A stretch of DNA of 64,000 nt from Candidatus Lustribacter sp. (GTDB lineage Bacteria; Vulcanimicrobiota; Vulcanimicrobiia; Vulcanimicrobiales; Vulcanimicrobiaceae). A model generated the notes under the pieces. It was not told the origin of the DNA. It was given only the letters and a program-made list of their open reading frames with translations, and searched no databases. Shown here piece by piece: positions 8,628 through 16,449 of the stretch. A program made the translations under genes and the position numbers. Every line of letters begins with the position of its first letter. Position 1 is the stretch's first letter. Location of the stretch: positions 896,001 to 960,000 of the forward strand of contig OZ255842.1 in the NCBI GenBank assembly GCA_965277805.1. Reading direction: 5' to 3'.

Positions 8628-8851
8628 CAGCGGCCTTTGTCTTCGGGCGGCGGGGTCGCGTGTGTGTGCGGTTTTGGAGCCTGCCCTGAGGTCGTCGAAG
8701 GGTCGTGGACGTGGGGCTCGCCATCGGTATGGTCGTGGCGATGGTCGTGGTCGACGTGGCCATGCGTGTGGCGGTGCTCGATGCCGTCGGCGTGGGTGTG
8801 AACATGCGAATGAGCGTCGCCCTTGTCGTCGGGTTTGGGCTTGTCGGTCAT
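8627..8851 (-). CDS. 74-aa His-rich peptide, putative metal-binding/storage protein
   Basis: MTDKPKPDDKGDAHSHVHTHADGIEHRHTHGHVDHDHRHDHTDGEPHVH...; 16 His; stop overlaps the next ATG. Confidence 0.7.
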   Translation of the reverse strand: MTDKPKPDDKGDAHSHVHTHADGIEHRHTHGHVDHDHRHDHTDGEPHVHDPSTTSGQAPKPHTHATPPPEDKGR

Positions 8852-8917
8852 GATGCTAAATTCGGGCCGAAGGTGGGAAAAGCCCGGTAAACAGCCCCTA
8901 CCGAAGAGGAGCTTTCG

Positions 8918-9268
8918 ATGGCGGTTACCCGCAAGAAAACCACCCGGAAGAAAACGACCCGCAAGAAAACCACTCGGAAGAAAACGACCGCAAAGAAGAC
9001 AACGCGCAAGAAGACCAGCGGGCGCAAAAAGACGACCGGACGCAAAAAGACCACGGCACGAAAGAAGACCACCGGCCGCAAAAAGAGTAAACGCAAGTAC
9101 AGTAAGGCGGCGGGCGAAAACGTGCGCAAGGAAATGGACGAGATGAAGGCCGGTAAGCTGCGTTCGGGCCGCTCGGGCAAGAAAGTCACGAACCGCAAAC
9201 AGGCGATCGCGATCGGCCTTTCGGAAGCACGCCGCGCCGGTAAGAAAGTCCCGAAGAAGAAGAGCTAG
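8918..9268 (+). CDS. Lys-rich histone-H1-like protein with DUF6496-like C-terminus
   Basis: Nine KKT[T/S] units, then EMKAGKLRSGRSGKKVTNRKQAIAIGLSEAR; GAGGAG RBS. Confidence 0.8.
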   Translation: MAVTRKKTTRKKTTRKKTTRKKTTAKKTTRKKTSGRKKTTGRKKTTARKKTTGRKKSKRKYSKAAGENVRKEMDEMKAGKLRSGRSGKKVTNRKQAIAIGLSEARRAGKKVPKKKS

Positions 9269-10038
9269 AGATCGTAGTCGATCGTCACGGGGGCGTGATC
9301 GGAGAACCGTTCGTCTTTGTAGATCGACGCCGCACGCACGCTGGACGCGAGGTTTGGGGTGACGAGTTGGTAGTCGATGCGCCAGCCCAAATTGCGCGTC
9401 CAGGCGGCCGGAAAGTTCGACCACCACGAGAACTGCCGGGGCTCGGGATTGACGACCCGAAACGCGTCGACCCAGCCCACGCGGTCGGTGACGTCGTCGA
9501 ACCACGCGCGTTCTTGCGGCAAGAACCCGGTGATCCGCGAACACGACTTCGGATCGAACACGTCGATGTCGCGATGCGCGATGTTGTAGTCGCCGCAGAT
9601 TACGATGCGCCGTCCCTCGTTCTTCATTTGCACGAGCTGTGCGATGAAGTGCTCGAGGAACGTCTCCTTGACCGCTTGACGCGCCGGGCCGCTCGTGCCC
9701 GACGGCACGTAGAGCGACGCCACCGAGAAGTCGTCGCCGAAGTCCATCCGCACGAAGCGGCCCTCGACGTCGTACTCCGGCAGGTTCAACCCGCGTACGA
9801 CGCGATCGGGTTTGCGCCGGCTGTAGATCGCAACGCCGCTGTAGCCTTTCTTCTCGGCGTCGACGAAGGCCGTGCTGAAGTCCGGGGTGTCGAGCGCTTC
9901 GGGCGGCAGCTGGTGTTCTTGCGCCTTCGTTTCTTGCAGGCACACGACGTCGGGCTGCTGATCGTGCATCCAGCGGAAGAAGCCCTTGCGGGCTGCGGAA
10001 CGAACACCGTTGAGGTTGCACGTGATGATGCGAAACAC
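9265..10038 (-). CDS. xth: Exodeoxyribonuclease III (AP endonuclease)
   Basis: NLNGVR, LQETK, GYSGVA, GDYNIAH, GWRIDY and SDHAP motifs. Confidence 0.95.
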   Translation of the reverse strand: MFRIITCNLNGVRSAARKGFFRWMHDQQPDVVCLQETKAQEHQLPPEALDTPDFSTAFVDAEKKGYSGVAIYSRRKPDRVVRGLNLPEYDVEGRFVRMDFGDDFSVASLYVPSGTSGPARQAVKETFLEHFIAQLVQMKNEGRRIVICGDYNIAHRDIDVFDPKSCSRITGFLPQERAWFDDVTDRVGWVDAFRVVNPEPRQFSWWSNFPAAWTRNLGWRIDYQLVTPNLASSVRAASIYKDERFSDHAPVTIDYDL

Positions 10039-10056
10039 GCGAGGTGACTTAGCTCA

Positions 10057-10998
10057 ATGAAGACCGTGGTCATCCCGACCGACCGGTCCGATGCGGTGTT
10101 GACGCCCGTCGCCGGGCGCAGCGTGCAGCTGACCAATCTCGACAAGGTCTTTTTCCCCGAAGCCGGCTTCACGAAGCGCGACCTCTTGCAGTATTATGCC
10201 GACGTCGCGCCGCTGCTCGTGCCGTACTTGATCGATCGCGCGATGGTGCTCAAACGCTATCCCAACGGTGAGTCGGGCGATTTCTTCTACATGAAGCGCA
10301 CGCCGCCGGGACGGCCGCCGTGGCTCCGCACCTGCCCGATCGAACACGGCTCGGGCAGCGTGATCGACTTCCCGATGGTCGACGACGTCGCGGGACTTCT
10401 GTGGGTGATCAACCTCGGCTGCATCGACCTCAACGAGTGGTATTCGCGCTGCGACGACACCGACCGGCCCGACTACCTGCACTTCGACCTCGATCCGGTC
10501 GAGGGCACCGCGTTCGCAACCGTGCGCGACGTGGCGTTGCGCGTGCGCGACGGGCTCGAAGGCTTGGGCATGAAGTCCGTAGCAAAGACGACCGGCTCAT
10601 CCGGCATACACGTTTACGTCGCGATTGAACGCGGCCCGCTGCAAAAAGAAGTGTGGACGTTTGCCAAAGCGTTCGCGCAAACGCTCGAGCGCATGCACCC
10701 CGACATCATCACCGCCGAATATAAGACCGCCAAACGCCCGCCCGGGCGGACGCTCATCGACTACAATCAGAATCGCTGGGGCGCCACGCTCGCATCGGTG
10801 TACTCAGTACGCGCCAAACCGCTAGCGACCGTATCGACGCCGGTGACGTGGGATGAAGTGGAGGCCGGCATTGAGCTATCCGATTTTCGGCTCGACAACG
10901 TGCGCGAGCGCTTCGCGAGCGTGGGCGATCTCTGGGCGCCGATGAAGGCCAAGCGCGGACGATTCGACCTTCGACCGCTGCTCAACGCGGGGAAGTAA
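10057..10998 (+). CDS. Stand-alone LigD-type primase-polymerase (Prim-PolC-like)
   Basis: LTNLDKVFFP, LKRYPNG, FDLDP, KTTGSSGIHV, IDYNQN and YSVRA motifs; no ligase or phosphoesterase domain. Confidence 0.9.
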   Translation: MKTVVIPTDRSDAVLTPVAGRSVQLTNLDKVFFPEAGFTKRDLLQYYADVAPLLVPYLIDRAMVLKRYPNGESGDFFYMKRTPPGRPPWLRTCPIEHGSGSVIDFPMVDDVAGLLWVINLGCIDLNEWYSRCDDTDRPDYLHFDLDPVEGTAFATVRDVALRVRDGLEGLGMKSVAKTTGSSGIHVYVAIERGPLQKEVWTFAKAFAQTLERMHPDIITAEYKTAKRPPGRTLIDYNQNRWGATLASVYSVRAKPLATVSTPVTWDEVEAGIELSDFRLDNVRERFASVGDLWAPMKAKRGRFDLRPLLNAGK

Positions 10999-11090
10999 GC
11001 AAGGTTACGGCCTCGGGCGGCCCGTGTGCGTACGATGGGTCAGCGGCCGGCTCGCCGGCTCAGCATCATGCGCACCAAGGAGCTCTTTTG

Positions 11091-11435
11091 ATGAACAAAG
11101 TCATTCTCGCGGCGGCACTCATCGTGGCCGCCGGTATTCCCAGCATCGCTTTCGCTCAGGCCATGTCCGGTATGCCCGCCGTTCCCGCCGGTTCCATCGT
11201 CTGTCGTCCAGCCAAGACCGGCGAAACGCCGAACGACATGATGGGCACATCGGGATTCATCTGCCACAAGGTGGACGTGGCGAAAGTCATGGCGGCTGAA
11301 AAGACCCTCATGAGCATGATGAAGCCGAACATGTCCGCCATGGAAATGCAGCACATGCACGCAGCGTCCGCGGTGATGAACCAGGAACTGATGCTGCCGG
11401 CCATTCCCGGCACCAACGGCAACCCGAACAACTAG
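11091..11435 (+). CDS. Small secreted Met-rich protein, paralogue 1
   Basis: AAGGAG RBS, signal peptide, CRP...C pair, Met-rich helix; highly similar to 12957-13292. Confidence 0.8.
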   Translation: MNKVILAAALIVAAGIPSIAFAQAMSGMPAVPAGSIVCRPAKTGETPNDMMGTSGFICHKVDVAKVMAAEKTLMSMMKPNMSAMEMQHMHAASAVMNQELMLPAIPGTNGNPNN

Positions 11436-11480
11436 CGCCAATGCAGGGCTGGGTTCGGTGCGCAAACAAGCGCCGAACCC

Positions 11481-12800
11481 ATGAACCGCCCAGGATTTCT
11501 CGCGAGTGCCGCAGCCGTGGGCGCGGCCACAGCCACGCAGCCCGCCGCAGCTCAGACCGCTTCCAGCGCTGCACCGACGGCAAGTCCCGCCGTACCGAAG
11601 CGGTTCAGCAATTTCTTCGCGGATAGCGCGATGAATTTCGTCCTCCTGAATACGCTGGGACAGTGCGCCTACGGAATCGGCGACGTCGGCACGACGCTCG
11701 CGATCTTCGATCAGATCGAAGACGGCAATCCGGCGAGCGCCTTCAATGCCATGACCGCCATGGGATACCAGATCGCGAAGCAGGCCGACGCAGCCCGCGC
11801 GGCCGGCCACCGCGTTTCCGCGCGCGATCTCTATCTGCAGGCGTCGAATTACATCTATCAATCAACGTACTTCTGCGACGGCATGGGCGCCCCGGAGAAG
11901 ATCGTCCCGACGTTCAAAGCGAGCCGTGCGGCTTTCGACAGCGCCATGCCGCTCCTGGGCTATCCGGTTGCACATCTGCGTATCCCGTACGAACAGACGA
12001 CGATGCCGGGCTATTTCATCAAGCCCGATGCGAGTAATAAACCGCGTCCACTTTTCGTGATGGTGAATGGAAGCGACGGCAGCGTCCTCGATATGTGGGC
12101 GCAAGGCGGCAAGGCGGCGATCGAGCGCGGATACAACGTCCTCATCTACGATGGACCGGGTCAGGGTGCGATGCTCTGGCTGCAGCATGTCCCGTTCCGC
12201 TACGACTTCGAGAAGGCGCTGAGCCCGGTGGTTGATTTGGCGCTCACGCGGCCCGACGTGGACCCGAAGCGGATCGCCGTGCAAGGGATCAGCCAAGGCG
12301 GGTACTGGGTTCCGCGTGCGATCGCGTTCGAGAAGCGATTTGCGGCGGCCATCGCCGATCCCGGCGTGTACGACGTCGGAGCGGCTTGGTGGGGTGGTCT
12401 CGCACCGCAGCTGGCTGCGATGCTGAACGGCGGAATGAAGGCGCAGTTCGACAGTGTTATGGCCTCGCGTCTGCCGCCGAAACAAGCTGCTGACTTGACA
12501 TTCCGGGCGCGTCCCTTCGGCTTCACTTCGTTGTACGACACGTTTATCGCGGTGAAGAAGTACACGATGGCCGGCGTGGTCGATAAGATCACGACCCCGC
12601 TATTAGTGACGAATCCGGACAACGAGCAATTCTTCCCCGGTCAGCCGACGCAGCTCTATAACGCGTTGCCGACGGCGAAAAAAGCGACTGTGGCCTTCAC
12701 GGTCGCGGAGGGCGCCGATCGCCACTGCGAGCCCGGCGCACCGATGCTCCGCTCGCAGAAGACACTGGACTGGCTCGACTCCCAACTCAAGCTCCACTGA
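11481..12800 (+). CDS. Alpha/beta hydrolase (S9/esterase-like), probably exported
   Basis: NGSDG, DGPGQG, nucleophile GISQGG, HCE histidine; Tat-like leader NRPGFL. Confidence 0.85.
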   Translation: MNRPGFLASAAAVGAATATQPAAAQTASSAAPTASPAVPKRFSNFFADSAMNFVLLNTLGQCAYGIGDVGTTLAIFDQIEDGNPASAFNAMTAMGYQIAKQADAARAAGHRVSARDLYLQASNYIYQSTYFCDGMGAPEKIVPTFKASRAAFDSAMPLLGYPVAHLRIPYEQTTMPGYFIKPDASNKPRPLFVMVNGSDGSVLDMWAQGGKAAIERGYNVLIYDGPGQGAMLWLQHVPFRYDFEKALSPVVDLALTRPDVDPKRIAVQGISQGGYWVPRAIAFEKRFAAAIADPGVYDVGAAWWGGLAPQLAAMLNGGMKAQFDSVMASRLPPKQAADLTFRARPFGFTSLYDTFIAVKKYTMAGVVDKITTPLLVTNPDNEQFFPGQPTQLYNALPTAKKATVAFTVAEGADRHCEPGAPMLRSQKTLDWLDSQLKLH

Positions 12801-12956
12801 GGGCGAGCTCGCTTGTGAAGGTGGGCAAGACTGGACTCGCCGAAGCGCCCATGCGTCCCCTCCGTACCTCTACGTACCTTGCGTGGGCAGCCGATTGACA
12901 AGGCGAGAGCCTCTGTTCGCCGGCCAATCTGCACGCGAACCAAGGAGCTTCAACTG

Positions 12957-13292
12957 ATGAATAAACTCATTCTTGCGGGTGTGATGGTTGCATCCATCGG
13001 TCTTCCCAGCGTCGCGGCCGCGCAGACACTGCCTGCCGTCCCTGCCGGCGCCGTCGTTTGCCGTCCTGTGAAAACGGGCGAAACGCCGAACGCCACAATG
13101 GGCACAGCCAGCCTGCTCTGCAAAAAGGTCAATGTCGCCAAGGTCATGGCCGCTGAAAAGAAACTCATGAGCATGATGAAGCCGAACATGACGGCAGATG
13201 AAATGAAGCAGATGCACATGGCGTCCGCCTCGATGAACGACGAACTCATGCTTCCGGCCATTCCCGGCACCAACGGCAACCCGAACAACTAA
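12957..13292 (+). CDS. Small secreted Met-rich protein, paralogue 2
   Basis: AAGGAG RBS; same architecture and identical C-terminus ELMLPAIPGTNGNPNN. Confidence 0.8.
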   Translation: MNKLILAGVMVASIGLPSVAAAQTLPAVPAGAVVCRPVKTGETPNATMGTASLLCKKVNVAKVMAAEKKLMSMMKPNMTADEMKQMHMASASMNDELMLPAIPGTNGNPNN

Positions 13293-13327
13293 CGCGCTGC
13301 CCGTCACAGGGTGGGTATGATGATCTC

Positions 13328-14359
13328 GTGACCACACCCTGTGACTTTGCACCGATGGAGATGCGGTCGGTTGACGCGATTCCGGTTGGGCCGGGGTGGC
13401 AGTACGAGCCGAAATGGGACGGCTTTCGGGCGATCGTTCACCGCGATGGTGACGATGTTGCCATCATCTCAAAGAACGGGCAGCCGTTGAGCCGGTACTT
13501 TCCGGAGATCGTCGCAGCGCTTGCGGCGGTGCGCGGCGACCACTTTTCGCTCGATGGAGAACTCGTCGTGCCACTGGCCGGCGCGCTGTCGTTTGACGCG
13601 CTCCAGCAGCGCATCCATCCGGCGGCAACGCGCGTCGCCATGTTGGCTCGCACGACGCCGGCGTACTATCTGGTGTTCGACCTGCTGCGTGAAGATGAGA
13701 ACGAACTCGTCGGTCTTCCGTTGAGCGAGCGTCGCGAGCGGCTCGAACGCTTCACCGCAACATTTCCCAAGACGGGCACGTTGCGGCTGAGTCCGGTCAC
13801 GACCGATCGCGCGGTCGTTGATGCGTGGTTCGAACGCGTCGGCGGTGCGCTCGACGGCGTCATTGCGAAGCGCCGCGATCGGCCCTATACGAGCGGCAAG
13901 ACCGACGCGGCCGTCAAGATCAAGAAGACGCGCAGCGCCGATTGCGTGATCGGCGGCTTTCGTTATGCTGCGGGCGATCAGAGCAAGATCGGCAGTTTGC
14001 TGCTCGGCCTCTACGACGATGCCGGCCTGCTCGACTACATCGGTTTCTGCAGCGCGTTTGCAGCGCCGGAACGTATCGCGCTGCTGGATCGCTTGCGGCC
14101 CTATGCCGGCGGCAGCGGTTTCACCGGCGGAGCGCCCGATATGGCACCGTCACGCTGGAATCGCGGTGCCGAACGCGACCGTTCCTACGTTGCGCTTCAA
14201 CCCGAACTCGTGTTGGAAGTGGCGTTCGATCAAGTCACCGGCGGACGCATTCGGCACGGCACGAAACCGCTGCGCTGGCGGACGGACAAATCGCCGCGCC
14301 AATGCACGCTCGATCAGCTCGAGACGGCCGGCAGCGTGCTCGGTTTGCTCGAGACCTAA
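13328..14359 (+). CDS. ligC: ATP-dependent DNA ligase, LigC type
   Basis: YEPKWDGFR adenylation motif, LDGE, DGVIAK, SLLLGLYD and RWRTDK..CTLDQL. Confidence 0.85.
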   Translation: MTTPCDFAPMEMRSVDAIPVGPGWQYEPKWDGFRAIVHRDGDDVAIISKNGQPLSRYFPEIVAALAAVRGDHFSLDGELVVPLAGALSFDALQQRIHPAATRVAMLARTTPAYYLVFDLLREDENELVGLPLSERRERLERFTATFPKTGTLRLSPVTTDRAVVDAWFERVGGALDGVIAKRRDRPYTSGKTDAAVKIKKTRSADCVIGGFRYAAGDQSKIGSLLLGLYDDAGLLDYIGFCSAFAAPERIALLDRLRPYAGGSGFTGGAPDMAPSRWNRGAERDRSYVALQPELVLEVAFDQVTGGRIRHGTKPLRWRTDKSPRQCTLDQLETAGSVLGLLET

Positions 14360-14766
14360 CTCGCGCGCTTGAGCCTGGGCGTGATGTGCTCGACCGCGAG
14401 CGATATCACGGCGACGGCGATCACCAGCCCACCGAGGGTGACCTGGCTGAGCGTCACCCGCAGGATGCTCGGAAATACCTTGGCCGAAATGAGCAGCCAC
14501 ACGCCCGCGACCAGGTTGATCGTCGACCAGTAGTTGTTCGATGAGTCGCCTTCATGGGCGATCGTGGATGCGAGGGCCGCAAACATGATGACGATGCCCG
14601 TCAGAAAGAGATTCCAGTGGACGGCGAACGTGCCGCGCGGCGCGGCGTAGCGCAGAGCGAAAACCATCAGTCCCAGAATGACGTTTCCCCAGGGCGCGTA
14701 GTTATGGAACGGCGATGACCGGTTTCCTGTGATTACCGGCGAGGGTTCCGGAACGTCTGTCTGCAT
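14356..14766 (-). CDS. SPW-repeat-like membrane protein
   Basis: Four TM segments with W..N..LG repeats (WGNVILG, WSTINLVAGVWL); GGAGG RBS before ATG 14766. Confidence 0.6.
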   Translation of the reverse strand: MQTDVPEPSPVITGNRSSPFHNYAPWGNVILGLMVFALRYAAPRGTFAVHWNLFLTGIVIMFAALASTIAHEGDSSNNYWSTINLVAGVWLLISAKVFPSILRVTLSQVTLGGLVIAVAVISLAVEHITPRLKRAS

Positions 14767-14815
14767 ACGGCCTCCCGCTTCTTCAACACTACCCCGCATC
14801 AAACGTTGGCAATCC

Positions 14816-15214
14816 TCACGCATCGGTAACGGCGATCAGATCCATCTCGATGAGGAAGTCGGGATGGGAGAGGCGCGTTACGCCGATCATCGTGCTGGTC
14901 GGCGGGAAATCCGCATTCTCCGGCCGCTTCGCGCCCTTCATCGCTTCGCGCAGCTTGTCGACGTCGAGCGTGAAGACGCGCCGTACGACCACATCGTCCC
15001 AGGTTGCGCCGGCTGCCTTCAACTGGATCGTGAGGCCCTCGATGACGCGCTCGTACTGGGCGCGGTAGTCGCCTTGGCCGACGGGCTCGTAGTTGTCGCC
15101 GCTCGGCGTCATGCCAGAGATGAACACGAATTTGCACGGCCCCTTGACCGTGATGACGCGCGAATAGCTGGGGTGCTTGTGGAGCTCGGGCGGGTTGATA
15201 AAGGTTTTTTCCAT
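14816..15214 (-). CDS. RidA/YjgF family protein
   Basis: YSRVI, VFISG, AGATWDDVV and PPTSTMIGVTRL..LIEMDLIA. Confidence 0.85.
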   Translation of the reverse strand: MEKTFINPPELHKHPSYSRVITVKGPCKFVFISGMTPSGDNYEPVGQGDYRAQYERVIEGLTIQLKAAGATWDDVVVRRVFTLDVDKLREAMKGAKRPENADFPPTSTMIGVTRLSHPDFLIEMDLIAVTDA

Positions 15215-15229
15215 GGACTCGCTTTCGGA

Positions 15230-15265
15230 TTGACAAGATCATGCGTACCTGTCAAGGTCTTGTCA
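15230..15265. promoter_or_regulatory. Nested inverted repeats between divergent RidA and binding-protein genes
   Basis: TTGACA-N14-TGTCAA (15230-15255) and TGACAAGA...TCTTGTCA (15231-15265). Confidence 0.45.
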
Positions 15266-16449
15266 TGCAGCTCGTTCTTCGCGCGGCCGCGGCCGCTTTA
15301 GCGATTCTTCTAACGCTGGCGCCTTTCGGCAGCGCCCGCGCCGCAGACCCGCTGGAGATGTACGCGTTGATTCCGGTGACGGGACCACTGGCGTTCTACG
15401 GCGCCGGGATCGCCACGTCGCTCGGCGCGCTCGAAAAGACGGTCAACGCATCGGGGGGCATCAGCGGCCGCAACGTACACATCAACATTCTCGACGATCA
15501 GGCGAATCCGCAGATCGCCGTGCAACTGCTCGGGCCGATTTTGAGCAAGGGCGCCCCGGTCGTGATCGATGCGGGACCGGCCGCGACGTGCAAGGCCACG
15601 TCTTCCTTAGCAAAGTCGAGCGCGGTAATTTTCTGCCTTTCGACGGCGTACGAGCCCGCCGGCGATCCGTATAGCTTTACCACGCCGATGAGCCTCGAAG
15701 ACGCGCTCGCAGCGCAAATCCGGTTCTTCCGGGTGCGCGGTTTGAAACGGCTCGGCTTTATCATCGCGAACGACGCAACGGGTCAAGCCTCCGACTCCGT
15801 GCTCACGAACATCATGAACTATCCGGAGAATCGCGGGATGTCGGTGGTCGTGCGCGAGCGTTTCGGTCCCGCCGACATCAGCATCACCGCGCAAGTGGCG
15901 CACCTGCGCAGCGAAAACGTGCAAGCGGTGTATGCGCTGGCTTCGGGTGCACCGTTCGGACTGATCTTGCGCGAGATGCGCGATGCCGGCTTGAACGTTC
16001 CGACGTCGACGCTGGCCTCGAATCAAAGCGTCAAGCAGATGGAATCCTACGGCACGAGCGTGCCGCCGGATCTCGAGATGACCTCGGCTCGCTGGGCGGC
16101 GTACTCCGTCATGCAAGGCGGCCCGGTGAAAGAGAAGGTTGCGCAGTTCCGCGCGGCGATGGCGCAGGCCGGTCTCGCCGGTGACTACGGCCCCGCCTCA
16201 CTGCCCTGGGATCCGGGCATGTTCATCATCGCGGCGTACCGCAAATACGGAGCGTCGATGACGCCGGCGAATCTCAAAGACTACATCGCGAACGTCCGCA
16301 ACGTGCCGGGCATCTGCGGCTTCTATGACTTCATCACGACGCCCGGACGCGGGCTCAGTTCGAAGGACACGGTCGTACTGCGCTGGGATGGCGGCCGCAA
16401 GGATTTCATTCCGATCAGCACCGCCGGCGGCACGGCAGTCCTCCACTAA
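15265..16449 (+). CDS. ABC transporter substrate-binding protein, LivJ/branched-chain amino acid type
   Basis: Signal peptide; PVTGPLAFYG, NASGGISGR..LDDQANP; about 390 aa. Confidence 0.85.
   Translation: MQLVLRAAAAALAILLTLAPFGSARAADPLEMYALIPVTGPLAFYGAGIATSLGALEKTVNASGGISGRNVHINILDDQANPQIAVQLLGPILSKGAPVVIDAGPAATCKATSSLAKSSAVIFCLSTAYEPAGDPYSFTTPMSLEDALAAQIRFFRVRGLKRLGFIIANDATGQASDSVLTNIMNYPENRGMSVVVRERFGPADISITAQVAHLRSENVQAVYALASGAPFGLILREMRDAGLNVPTSTLASNQSVKQMESYGTSVPPDLEMTSARWAAYSVMQGGPVKEKVAQFRAAMAQAGLAGDYGPASLPWDPGMFIIAAYRKYGASMTPANLKDYIANVRNVPGICGFYDFITTPGRGLSSKDTVVLRWDGGRKDFIPISTAGGTAVLH

Noticed and set aside
8925-9085. 15-18-nt periodic DNA repeats as a possible CRISPR array or VNTR
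   Set aside because: They encode RKKTT repeats with synonymous variation; no spacers and no cas genes.
8852-10021. Upstream part of the 464-aa ORF 8627-10021
   Set aside because: Overlaps xth in another frame and the Lys-rich gene in antisense; only the last 74 codons look real.
11052-13292. Composite transposon interpretation of the duplicated genes
   Set aside because: Flanking repeats encode secreted peptides; no transposase, terminal inverted repeats or target-site duplication seen.
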